A DNA stretch of 64,000 bases from the NCBI GenBank assembly GCA_963747235.1, contig CAVVEU010000005.1:64189-128188 (forward strand), read 5' to 3'. Under the pieces are notes generated by a model. It was not told the DNA's origin and made no database searches. It worked only from the letters and a program-made list of their open reading frames with translations. Below, one piece after another: positions 10,265-19,593 of the stretch (the first letter of the stretch is position 1; every line of letters starts with the position of its first letter). A program made the position numbers and the translations under genes. The stretch comes from an uncultured Candidatus Rokubacteria bacterium (GTDB taxonomy: Bacteria; Methylomirabilota; Methylomirabilia; Rokubacteriales; CSP1-6).

Positions 10265-11042
10265 GACGCTGAACGTCGCGACCTCCGCCGAGGGCCACGT
10301 GGTCACGGTGGAGCTGAACCGGCCCGAGGCGCTCAACGCGATGAACACTGCGATGGGCGAGGACCTGCTGCGCTGCTTCGACGAGCTCCACCGCGACCGC
10401 GCGGTGCGCGCGGTGGTCTTCACCGGCGCGGGCACCAAGGCCTTCTGCGTGGGCGGCGACCTGAAGGAGCGCGAGGGCATGAGCGACGAGACCTGGCGCG
10501 CCCAGCATGTGATCTTCGAGACCGCGGCCGCGCGCGTGCTGCACTGCCCGGTGCCGGTGATCGCGGCGGTCGAGGGCTTCGCGATGGGCGGCGGCTGCGA
10601 GCTGGCCGTGCTCTCCGACTTCGTGGTCTGCGGCGAGACCGCGGTGTTCGCGGTCCCCGAGGTCACGCGCGGCATCTTCCCGGGCATCGGCGGCACCCAG
10701 CTCCTGCCGCGCATCCTGGGCGCGCCCATGGCCAAGGAGATGATCTTCACCGGCCGCCGCGTGGACGCGCGCGAGGCCAAGGCCATCGGGCTCGTCAACC
10801 ACGTGGTGCCCGCCGGCCAGGCGCGGGCCAGGGCGCTCGAGATCGCCGGGACGATCGCGGACAACGGCCCTTTCGCGGTGCGCCAGGCCAAGAAGGCCAT
10901 CGGCCGGGGCGGCGAGACCGATCTCGAGACCGGCATGATCCTGGCCATCGAGGCCTACAACAACACGGTCACCACCGACGATCGCCTCGAAGGCGTCCGC
11001 GCGTTCAACGAGAAGCGCAAGCCACGGTTCACCGGGAGATGA
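10245..11042 (+). CDS. Enoyl-CoA hydratase/isomerase
   Basis: LNRPEALNA, FCVGGDL, GGGCELA and PE motifs. Confidence 0.95.
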   Translation: MSSSYYKTLNVATSAEGHVVTVELNRPEALNAMNTAMGEDLLRCFDELHRDRAVRAVVFTGAGTKAFCVGGDLKEREGMSDETWRAQHVIFETAAARVLHCPVPVIAAVEGFAMGGGCELAVLSDFVVCGETAVFAVPEVTRGIFPGIGGTQLLPRILGAPMAKEMIFTGRRVDAREAKAIGLVNHVVPAGQARARALEIAGTIADNGPFAVRQAKKAIGRGGETDLETGMILAIEAYNNTVTTDDRLEGVRAFNEKRKPRFTGR

Positions 11043-12217
11043 GCATGGCCGACATGACGTTCACGCTGAGCGACGAGCAGAAGGCGTTGAAGGCGGCAGT
11101 CTACGACCTCTGCAAGCAGTACCCGGCCGAGTACTGGCGCGAGCTCGACGCCAAGCGCGAGTACCCGGAAGCCTTCGTCAGCGAGCTGACCAAGGCGGGC
11201 TACCTCGCGGTGCTCATCCCGGAGGAGTACGGCGGCGGCGGGCTCGGCATCATGGAGGCCGCGCTCATCCTCGAGGAGATCGGGCGGGCGGGCGGCAATC
11301 CGGCGGCCTGCCACGCCCAGATGTACATCATGGGCACCGTGCTCCGGCACGGCACGGAGGCGCAGAAGCTCGAGTACCTGCCGAAGATCGCGGCCGGCGA
11401 GCTGCGCCTGCAGGCCTTCGGCGTGACCGAGCCCAACGCGGGCTCGGACACCACGAAGCTCCAGACCACCGCGGTCCGGAAGGGCGACCGCTACGTGGTC
11501 AACGGGCAGAAGATGTTCATCTCGCGTGTGCTGCAGTCCGATCTCATGCTGCTGCTGGCCCGCACGACGCCGGTGGACCAGGTCAAGAAGAAGACGGACG
11601 GGCTCAGCGTGTTCCTCATCGACATCCGGGAGCTCAAGGGCAAGGGACTCGACGTGCGCCCGCTCAAGATGATGATGAACCACTCCACCAACGCGCTCTT
11701 CTTCGACAACATGGAGATCCCCGCCACGAGCCTCATCGGCCAGGAGGGCCGGGGTTTCTCCTACATTCTGGACGGCATGAACGCGGAGCGCATCCTGGTC
11801 GCCTCCGACTCCCTCGGCGACGCGCGCTGGTTCACCGAGAAGGCGGTCGCCTACGCGGGCCAGCGCGTGATCTTCGGCCGGCCGATCGGGGCCAACCAGG
11901 GCGTGCAGTTCCCGATCGCCAAGGCGCACGTGAACATCGAGGCCGCGGATCTCATGCGCACCAAGGCCGCGCGCATGTTCGACGCAGGCATCCCGTGCGG
12001 CCCCGAGGCCAACATGGCCAAGTACCTGGCCTCGGAGGCGGCCATCGAGGCGGGCAATGCCTGCATCGACTGCCACGGCGGCTACGGCTTCGCGGAGGAG
12101 TACGACATCGAGCGCAAGTTCCGCGAGTCGCGCCTCTATCGGGCCGCTCCGATCAACAACAACCTGGTCATCGCCTACGTCGGGGAGCACGTCCTCGGCA
12201 TGCCCCGGTCGTACTGA
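11039..12217 (+). CDS. Acyl-CoA dehydrogenase
   Basis: IPEEYGGGG, TEPNAGSD, NGQKMFIS, FGRPIG and HGGYG motifs. Confidence 0.95.
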   Translation: MSMADMTFTLSDEQKALKAAVYDLCKQYPAEYWRELDAKREYPEAFVSELTKAGYLAVLIPEEYGGGGLGIMEAALILEEIGRAGGNPAACHAQMYIMGTVLRHGTEAQKLEYLPKIAAGELRLQAFGVTEPNAGSDTTKLQTTAVRKGDRYVVNGQKMFISRVLQSDLMLLLARTTPVDQVKKKTDGLSVFLIDIRELKGKGLDVRPLKMMMNHSTNALFFDNMEIPATSLIGQEGRGFSYILDGMNAERILVASDSLGDARWFTEKAVAYAGQRVIFGRPIGANQGVQFPIAKAHVNIEAADLMRTKAARMFDAGIPCGPEANMAKYLASEAAIEAGNACIDCHGGYGFAEEYDIERKFRESRLYRAAPINNNLVIAYVGEHVLGMPRSY

Positions 12218-12221
12218 GGGC

Positions 12222-12776
12222 ATGCTCGGGCCGATCCTCGAAGGCGAGCGCGTCCGGCTCGAGCCGCCGCGGCCCGAGTACTTCCCGGTCTACCAGCGGT
12301 GGTTCGCGGACATGGAGGTGACGCGCTACCTGCTCTATCGCTTCCCCTTCACCACGAAGTGGGAGGAGGAGTGGCTGGAGCAGGTGGGCCGGGACCCGGC
12401 CCAGGTGATGTGGGCCATCGTGCTCAAGCAAAACGGCCGCCTGATCGGCAACGCCGCGCTCGAGCACCTCGAGTGGCGCAACCGCCGCGCCGAGAGCGGC
12501 ATCGTGATCGGCGAGAAGGACGAGTGGGGCAAGGGCTACGCGGGCGAGGCCATGCGCCTGCGCACCCGCTACGCCTTCCGCGAGCTGGGGCTCGAGACCA
12601 TCACCACCCGGGTGGTCCTCGCCAACGCGGCGAGCCGCCGCGGGCTCGAGCGGGCCGGCTATCGCCAGGCCGGGGTGCTGCGCCACCACTACTTCGTGGA
12701 CGGCCGCTGGCACGACGCCTGGGTGGGTGAGATCCTCAAGGACGAGTGGGAAGCATCCCAGGAGACGACACGATGA
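12222..12776 (+). CDS. GNAT N-acetyltransferase (RimJ/RimL-like)
   Basis: LEGERVRL, IGEKDEWGKGYA and N.AS...ERAGY motifs; 3' part of ORF 12057-12776. Confidence 0.85.
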   Translation: MLGPILEGERVRLEPPRPEYFPVYQRWFADMEVTRYLLYRFPFTTKWEEEWLEQVGRDPAQVMWAIVLKQNGRLIGNAALEHLEWRNRRAESGIVIGEKDEWGKGYAGEAMRLRTRYAFRELGLETITTRVVLANAASRRGLERAGYRQAGVLRHHYFVDGRWHDAWVGEILKDEWEASQETTR

Positions 12777-13723
12777 AGCTGCCCAAGCATGTGACCATCT
12801 GCGAGGTGGGAACGCGGGACGGATTCCAGATCGAGCCCGAGTTCATCCCGACCGACCAGAAGATCGACGTGGTGAACCGGCTGGCCTCGGCGGGGATGCC
12901 CCGCATCGAGGTGACCTCGTTCGTGTCGCCCAAGGCGATCCCCCAGCTCCGCGACGCGGCGGAGGTCATGGCCGCCATCACCCGGCGGCCCGGCACGGTC
13001 TATTCCGCGCTGGTGCCCAACGACAAGGGCGCGGTGCGGGCGGTGGATGCACGGGTGGACGAGATCCACACCGTGGTCTCGGCGAGCGAGAGCCACAACC
13101 TCGCCAACGTGAACATGACCATCGCGGAGTCGCTCACCAAGCTGGGCGCGGTGGCAGAGGTGGCCCGGCGCGCGAGTGTCCCGGTGGTCTCCGGCATCTC
13201 CTGCACGTTCGGCTGCCCGTTCGAGGGCGACGTGCCGGTGGACCACCTCGAATCGGTGGTCGCGCGCCTGGTGGATCTGGGCGCCCGCGGCATCGGCCTG
13301 GCCGACACCACCGGCATGGCCAATCCCGCGCAGGTCGCCCGCGTGCTCGAGCGCCTGGTCCCGCGCTTCCCCGGCATCGAGTGGACGCTCCACACCCACG
13401 ACACGCGGGCGATGGCGATCCCGAACATCCTGGCCGCGATGGAGTACGGGGTGACCCACTTCGACGCCTCCATCGGCGGGCTCGGCGGCTGCCCCTTCGC
13501 CCCCGGCGCCTCCGGCAACGTGTGCACCGAGGACCTCATCCACTGCCTGCACGCGATGGACGTGGAGACCGGCGTGGATCTCGACGCGCTGATCGAGACC
13601 TCGAAGCGCGTGCAGCAGATCGTCGGGCGGGGGCTGCCCGGCCAGCTCGTCAAGGCGGGCAAGTGGGACCGCCGCTACCCGCTCCCCGACGGGGTGCGCG
13701 AGCGCATCCCCGCGCGCCCATGA
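12773..13723 (+). CDS. HMG-CoA lyase family protein
   Basis: EVGTRDGFQ, LADTTG, HTHDT and GGLGGCPFAPGASGNV motifs. Confidence 0.92.
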   Translation: MKLPKHVTICEVGTRDGFQIEPEFIPTDQKIDVVNRLASAGMPRIEVTSFVSPKAIPQLRDAAEVMAAITRRPGTVYSALVPNDKGAVRAVDARVDEIHTVVSASESHNLANVNMTIAESLTKLGAVAEVARRASVPVVSGISCTFGCPFEGDVPVDHLESVVARLVDLGARGIGLADTTGMANPAQVARVLERLVPRFPGIEWTLHTHDTRAMAIPNILAAMEYGVTHFDASIGGLGGCPFAPGASGNVCTEDLIHCLHAMDVETGVDLDALIETSKRVQQIVGRGLPGQLVKAGKWDRRYPLPDGVRERIPARP

Positions 13724-14277
13724 CCAAGACCGCCACGCGCATGCTGCGGCTGATGGATCGAGCGGTCACGGAGTGGACCCTCCCGGTGATCGGCCGCGAG
13801 AAGGGGCGCGTGCTGCGCCGCCTCCTGCTCAAGCACAAGCCCAAACGGGGCATCGAAGTCGGGTCGCTCTTCGGCTACTCCGCCATTCTCGTGGCGGGCC
13901 ACCTGCCCCGCGGCGGGCGGCTCACCTGCGTGGAGCAGAATCCCTACCTCGCCAAGTTCGTGGAGTACAACGTGGACGCCGCCGGCCTCGGCTCCCGCGT
14001 GAAGGTCGTGGTGGGCGACGCGCTGCGCGTGCTGCCGCTGCTGCGCGGCCCGGTGGACTTCCTCCTGCTCGACGCCAAGAAGGAGGACTACCTCGACTAC
14101 CTGCGCGCGGTGGAGCCGCGCCTGCGCAAGGGGGCCCTGCTCGTGGCCGACAACACCGGCATGTTCCGGCGCGACGTGAAGCCCTATCTCGACCACGTGC
14201 GCGCGGGCGGACGCTACGAGAGCCGCGAGCACGACTTCGGCTTCGACTGCATGGAAGTCTCCGTGTTCCGCGGGTAA
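13720..14277 (+). CDS. Class I SAM-dependent O-methyltransferase
   Basis: EVGSLFGYS, GDA, LDAKKEDY and VADN motifs; ATGA overlap with the upstream gene. Confidence 0.85.
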   Translation: MTKTATRMLRLMDRAVTEWTLPVIGREKGRVLRRLLLKHKPKRGIEVGSLFGYSAILVAGHLPRGGRLTCVEQNPYLAKFVEYNVDAAGLGSRVKVVVGDALRVLPLLRGPVDFLLLDAKKEDYLDYLRAVEPRLRKGALLVADNTGMFRRDVKPYLDHVRAGGRYESREHDFGFDCMEVSVFRG

Positions 14278-14286
14278 CGGGCCTTC

Positions 14287-14790
14287 ATGTTCGGCGAGCA
14301 GCACGACCCGGAGTTCCTCAAGCACCTCTTCGAGACCACCGAGATCCTGCGCAAGCCGGTGGCCGGCATCATCGCGGGCTACCACGTGCTGCCCTACATC
14401 CTGGTGGGCCCGCAGGAGGCGAAGCCGGCCTCGTCGGTGGAGATCCGCGGCAAGATCAAGGTCTCCCCGCGTCTGGTGCTGGCTCCCGGGCGCGCGGGCC
14501 AGACCTACGGCGATCTCTTCAAGGAGAACGAGCTGATGGACGAGGCCCTGATCGCGCGGGTCTTCTCCTTCGCCTACTCCAATCGCCACCAGGTGACGCT
14601 CGAGAGCGAGGACCTCAAGATCCAGCGCTGGGACCGCAACCCCCAGGCCCAGGTCGAGCGGGCGCTGGACGAGCTCGCGCAGCGGGAAGTCATCAATACC
14701 GGTGTGATCCTCGCGCCCAATGTCCGGTTCTATCCCGTCTCGCTCGACCGCTTCATCACCGAGATCCTGGACCAGGAGTTCAAGTCGTAG
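14287..14790 (+). CDS. Hypothetical protein
   Basis: 167-aa ORF with host-like codon usage in operon position; no family recognised. Confidence 0.75.
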   Translation: MFGEQHDPEFLKHLFETTEILRKPVAGIIAGYHVLPYILVGPQEAKPASSVEIRGKIKVSPRLVLAPGRAGQTYGDLFKENELMDEALIARVFSFAYSNRHQVTLESEDLKIQRWDRNPQAQVERALDELAQREVINTGVILAPNVRFYPVSLDRFITEILDQEFKS

Positions 14791-14810
14791 GCGTGAGCCC
14801 GGCGACCGCC

Positions 14811-15356
14811 ATGCCGACCATGGAGGAGTACCTCACCCGCCCCGTCGGCGATCGGGTCGCGCGCCTCCGGAGCACGCCCGACGAGGTGGCCCGCCTGCTG
14901 GACGGCAAGGCCGACCGGGCGCTGTCGCGGCGCGCCGACGCGCGGAGCTGGGCCCCGAAAGAAATCGTGTGTCATCTTCGGGATGTCGAGGAGCTCTTCC
15001 TGGTCCGGTTCCAGACCATCCTCGCGGTGGAGGATCCGCCGATCCTCACGCTCGGCGCGAGCCCGGATGGGCTGGCCTCCTGGGGCATCGGCGGCGAGAT
15101 CGGCCATCCGCTCGATCCGGACCGGTGGGCGGAGGAGCGCCAGTACGCGCGCTGCGATGGGCTCGCGGCGCTCCAGGCGTTTCGACGGCCCCGGCGCGAG
15201 GTGGTGGACCTGCTCGACGCGCTCGACCCCCGGCAATGGCGACGCGGCGGCATCCATCTGGCGCGCGGACGCATGGAGCTCGGCGAGTGGGTGGCGAGTC
15301 TGGCCGGCCACGACGACAACCATCTGGGCCAGCTCGAGCGCGCGGTCGTTCGATGA
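14811..15356 (+). CDS. DinB family protein
   Basis: WAPKEIVCHLRDVE and HDDNHLGQL metal-binding His motifs. Confidence 0.85.
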   Translation: MPTMEEYLTRPVGDRVARLRSTPDEVARLLDGKADRALSRRADARSWAPKEIVCHLRDVEELFLVRFQTILAVEDPPILTLGASPDGLASWGIGGEIGHPLDPDRWAEERQYARCDGLAALQAFRRPRREVVDLLDALDPRQWRRGGIHLARGRMELGEWVASLAGHDDNHLGQLERAVVR

Positions 15357-15378
15357 GAAATCCCTGGGAGGGAACACC

Positions 15379-16173
15379 ATGACCACTGAGAAGTACGACT
15401 GGGACGCCATCGTCAACGGCCTCAACCAGTACCTGCGCCTGCGCACGATCCCCATCGGCATGAAGCTCTTCGAGACCGTCGAGGAGATGGAGGCCATCCC
15501 CAAGATCCGCCGGCCGAAGAGCAAGCACACCACCGATCAGATCGTGGCCCAGGCGCGCCAGCTCGGCTGGACGGTCGGCATCACGATGGCGGATCTCATC
15601 GGCGCGCAGTGCGGCGCGGTCATCGGGCTCCATCCCCAGGACCCCGAGTGGCTCTCCGGCAAGCGCATGGCCGGCGTGTGGTTCAAGACCCAGGAGGACG
15701 CGAGCCTTCACCAGCACGCGATGGACTGCGTGCCCCACGGGCGGTACCACGCGATGGCGGTGGCGCCGCTCACCTCCGGGCGCCTCGATCCGCCCGACAT
15801 CTGCCTCATCTACGGCACGCCGGGCCAGATGATCTTCTTCATCAACGGGCTGCAGTGGATCGGCTACAAGAAGATGTCGTTCACGTCGGTGGGGGAGTCG
15901 GCCTGCGCGGATTCCTGGGGCAAGGCGCTCAAGACCGGCGAGCCCGCGCTGACCATCCCCTGCTACGCGGAGCGCCGCTACGGCGGCGTGGCCGACGACG
16001 AGCTCCTGATGGCGATTCCCCCGCGCTTCCTCCCGAAGGTCGTGGAGGGCCTGGCCGCGCTGAGCAAGAACGGCCTGCGCTACCCGATCCCGCCCTACGG
16101 CATCCAGAGCGACGCGGGCGCGGGCCTCGCGGTCAGCTACCCGGGCGCCCCGGCGGGGGCGGGCGGGCGCTGA
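15379..16173 (+). CDS. DUF169 domain protein
   Basis: GGAGG RBS; PIGMK, PDICLIYG.P.Q, ESAC.D and PCYAERRYG motifs. Confidence 0.8.
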   Translation: MTTEKYDWDAIVNGLNQYLRLRTIPIGMKLFETVEEMEAIPKIRRPKSKHTTDQIVAQARQLGWTVGITMADLIGAQCGAVIGLHPQDPEWLSGKRMAGVWFKTQEDASLHQHAMDCVPHGRYHAMAVAPLTSGRLDPPDICLIYGTPGQMIFFINGLQWIGYKKMSFTSVGESACADSWGKALKTGEPALTIPCYAERRYGGVADDELLMAIPPRFLPKVVEGLAALSKNGLRYPIPPYGIQSDAGAGLAVSYPGAPAGAGGR

Positions 16174-16177
16174 TCGG

Positions 16178-17572
16178 TCAGAGCCCGAGCGCCTCGGCGA
16201 CCAGCCGCGCGAGCTCGCGCCGGAGGGCGTCCCGCTCGGGCGCGCGCGCCGGCTCGTCATGGAGGTTGCGCAGCTCGTAGGGATCGGCGACGAGGTCGTA
16301 GAGCTCGTCCACCCCGTCGCGGTTGACCCAGTGGATGAGCTTGGCCCGCTCGGTGCGCACCGCCTTGTAGGTCATCCCCACCAGCCAGGGCATCGCGTTC
16401 TCGCTCCAGTACTCGACGAGGAACGACGTGCGCCAGTCGGCCGGGCGCCCGCCGCCGAGCAGCGGAACCAGCGAGCGCCCCTGCACCTGCGGGCCCGGCG
16501 TCCCGCCCGCCAGCTCGAGCATGGTGGGCGCGATGTCGAGCGCCAGCACCATCGCGTCAGGCCGGCTGCCCGCCGGCACCAGCGGCGGGTAGCGGACGAG
16601 GAACGGCGAGCGGATCCCTTCCTCGTAGGCGAAGCGCCGCTCCGGCCCGAGCGCGTGCTCGCCGAAGAAGTAGCCGTTGTCGCCCAGGAAGAGGATGCAG
16701 GTGCGGTCGAGCTGCCCGGTGCGCTCGAGCGCGTCGAGCAGCATGCCGATCCCCTCGTCCACCGAGGCCATCATGGCCGCGCGCAGGCGGATCTCCTCCT
16801 GCGTCCCCGCGTGGATCGCGGCGAGCACCGCCTGCGCGCGCTCCGTCGCCTTGAGCCGGAAGGCCTCCGCCCAGGCCGGCTTCGCCCGCACGACCTCGTC
16901 GGGCGGCAGCACGTTCGGCCGCGGCGGGAACACGCAGCCCCGGTAGAGATCCTGGTGGCGCTCGGCCGGCTTGTAGCCCCCGTGGCGCGTGAGGTCGAGC
17001 GTGCCGTCCGCGGCCTGATGCGCGTCCGGATGCACCGCCTTGTGGGCGAAGAAGAGGCTCCAGGGCTTCGCGCGAGGCCGCTCGACGAAGGCCACCGCCT
17101 CCGCGTTCAGCACGTCCGTCACGTAGCCCGGGCTCGCCTGACGCCGGCCGTCCACGTTCAGCTCCGGATCGAAGAGCTTGCCGTGGCCGTCGAAGCTCAC
17201 CCAGCGGTCGTAGCCCGCGCGCGGCGAGCCGTCATTGCCCATGTGCCACTTGCCCACGTGCGCGGTCTCGTACCCCAGCCGCTGCAGCTCCAGGTGGTAG
17301 TTCGGCAGCCGGTGGCTGGCCGCGTCGCGCGCCACATTGTCGATGATGCCGTGGCGGCTCGCGTACTGGCCGGTCACGATGGACGCCCGGTTGGGCGAGC
17401 AGAGCGGCGTGGTGTGAAACGCGTTGAGGCACATCGCGCCCTCGCGGGCGAGGCGATCCACGTGCGGGGTCAGCATGTACGGGTGCCCGCCCGCCCCGAA
17501 CTCGTCGAAGCGCAGGTCGTCGATCAGGATGACGAGCAGGTTGGGGCGGTCGGCCGCGCTACGCTGTGGCAC
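16178..17572 (-). CDS. Cys-type (formylglycine) sulfatase
   Basis: PNLLVILIDD, CSPNRAS (CxPxR), GKWH and ELYDL..DPYE motifs. Confidence 0.93.
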   Translation of the reverse strand: MPQRSAADRPNLLVILIDDLRFDEFGAGGHPYMLTPHVDRLAREGAMCLNAFHTTPLCSPNRASIVTGQYASRHGIIDNVARDAASHRLPNYHLELQRLGYETAHVGKWHMGNDGSPRAGYDRWVSFDGHGKLFDPELNVDGRRQASPGYVTDVLNAEAVAFVERPRAKPWSLFFAHKAVHPDAHQAADGTLDLTRHGGYKPAERHQDLYRGCVFPPRPNVLPPDEVVRAKPAWAEAFRLKATERAQAVLAAIHAGTQEEIRLRAAMMASVDEGIGMLLDALERTGQLDRTCILFLGDNGYFFGEHALGPERRFAYEEGIRSPFLVRYPPLVPAGSRPDAMVLALDIAPTMLELAGGTPGPQVQGRSLVPLLGGGRPADWRTSFLVEYWSENAMPWLVGMTYKAVRTERAKLIHWVNRDGVDELYDLVADPYELRNLHDEPARAPERDALRRELARLVAEALGL

Positions 17573-17634
17573 CCCGGCAGCCTAGCACGGCCGGGCCGGC
17601 CGGCCGACGGGCACCGTCAACCTCCCGATCCGCG

Positions 17635-19042
17635 TCAGAACCCCAGCGCCTTGCGCAGCGGGAGCCGCAGATAATGCCAGAACGCGGAGTAGCGGCGATC
17701 GAGCCGGTTCGCCACGTGGAACTGGAGCCAGAACGACCCGACGAGGGTGACGACGAGGATCGCCGAGACGATGGGCATCCGCCAGAGCGTCCGCTGATCA
17801 GGAGCCAGTACGAGATCTGACCGAGCGCCAGCAGTGATCCTTGCGAGGCGAGGAGCGACGGCGCGGCGGCGTGCGCCTGCTTCACGGTCGCCTCGACCTC
17901 GCGGGCCTGGGCGGACGGCAAGGTGCTGCTGACGATCTCGAACTCCGCGGGGATCGTGCCCGGCGCGTACCCTTCCGTGTTGCGCGCGATGCGGTCGAAG
18001 ACGGTGCGATGGACTCGAGGGGGAACCGCGTTGGCCCGGCACAGGGTCGCCGCGTCCCGCGGCAGCCAGCGGTAGAACATGCCCGCGCCGGCGCGCGAGT
18101 CGTACTGCTTGTCGTTCACGGCCACGTGGCCGCGGTACAGGTCACGCTCCGCCGCGTTGAAGCGCAGGCCGGCCGCCTCCGCCCTCGACATCATCCAGTC
18201 GAGGGTGACGAGGGACATGCCCTGGCGCGGATACCCGCCGCCCACGTTGGAATGGACCCCCGCGAACCACCTGCTCGATGCGGGCGCGATCGGTCTCGCG
18301 GGCCTGGTCCCACAGCAACGGAAAGGAAGCTGCGCCGGGCCTCGTCGAGAGCGAGGGCGTGGCATGCCTTCCTCACCTGACCGTTCAGCGTGGTATCGGG
18401 AAACTTGAAGCGATAGAAGAGGGCGTTGATCACATCGGTGATCCGGAACGGCATGCCCACGGCGTCGACGGTGTCCCACACGCCCACCAAGTGGATCGCG
18501 ATGGCGCCCCCGGGCGCGTGCGTGGGGTGGCTGACGGAGAACCGCGCGCGGAGCGTGACGGGGTCGAGCTCGCGCTTGCCCCGCACCACGCGCGAGAGCC
18601 ACGTCTGGTACTTCCGCCGGTACGCGCGATAGGCTTCGTCGATCCCGCGGGCGAACACGGTGTTCGTGTCGTAGCGCTTCAGGTCGAGGATCCCGCAGGT
18701 CGCGATGAGGCCGCCCAGCGTGCGCACCGTGAACGCGCCGCGGCTGAAGCCGAAGAGAAAGATGCGGTCGCCCGGATCGTAGACGCGCGCCAGCTCGCCG
18801 TAGAGCTGCTTGACGTTGTGGCTCAGACCCCAGCCCGTGGCTCCCGTGACGATCCGGATCCATTTCAGGCTCTCGGTCCCCACCCCGTCGTGGTAGATCG
18901 CCACCTGGGCCTCGAGGGCGGCGGGGTTGATGTGGTGCCCGTTCTCGTCCACCGCCTCGTACAGCTTGAAGACGTTGGTGCCGCGGCCCTTGATGGTCGA
19001 GTTCCCCGTCCCGTCGGCGCAGATGACGATGTTCTTCGGCAT
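17635..19042 (-). CDS. DUF2235 (Tle1-like alpha/beta hydrolase) with hydrophobic C-terminus; frameshifted (pseudogene or assembly errors)
   Basis: KNIVICADGT, TNV, GFSRGA, GVWDTV, HALALDE and WFAGVHSNVGGGY motifs spread over several frames, with breaks near 18330, 18270 and 17790. Confidence 0.8.
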
Positions 19043-19051
19043 GACGTCCCT

Positions 19052-19331
19052 CTAGCGTCTCGAGTAGTCGATGAAGCCGCGATTGATGGCCGCGACCTTC
19101 CGGCCGTTGCAGGGATCCGACCTTGCCGTCCACGACCAGCGCCACGCCGGTCCGGTCGGGAAAAAGCGCTTGAAACAGCCGCACCACCGCGCGAGTCCTG
19201 GCGTCGAAGACGCCGCCGGCCTCGAGCGGGCCACAGCCCCGCTCGACGAGACGCCGCTGCACCGTGGCGACCACCTTCCGATCCGGATCTCCCATCATCA
19301 CGATGCGGCCGGGGTAAGGCGGGGTGCTCAT
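19052..19331 (-). pseudogene. Peptidoglycan-binding-domain gene remnant
   Basis: MSTPPYPG...VQRRL...GVFDARTRAVVRLFQ...LVVDGKVG is PG_binding_1-like. It jumps frame to a short tail (RKVAAINRGFIDYSRR) with no catalytic domain between. Confidence 0.55.
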
Positions 19332-19593
19332 GGGAGGGGTCCTCCCGTCGTCGGTCGAGTGAAGACGGTGATCGCGCGAAATCCCCCGATCTGTCAAGGG
19401 AACTCTGCCCCTACTGTGTCACGATGATCTGCATGTCGGCATCGGCGAAGCCGCCGGCCTTGAGCCGGGCCGCCATCGCGCGCGCGCCACCGTCAGACCG
19501 GAGCCAAGTCTCATCGCGGGTGGTAGAGTACCGAACTGCGCCTTGGTCCGTCCACGGCGTTGGTCGGTGGCCCGGGATGGGAAGGAGAGCGAC

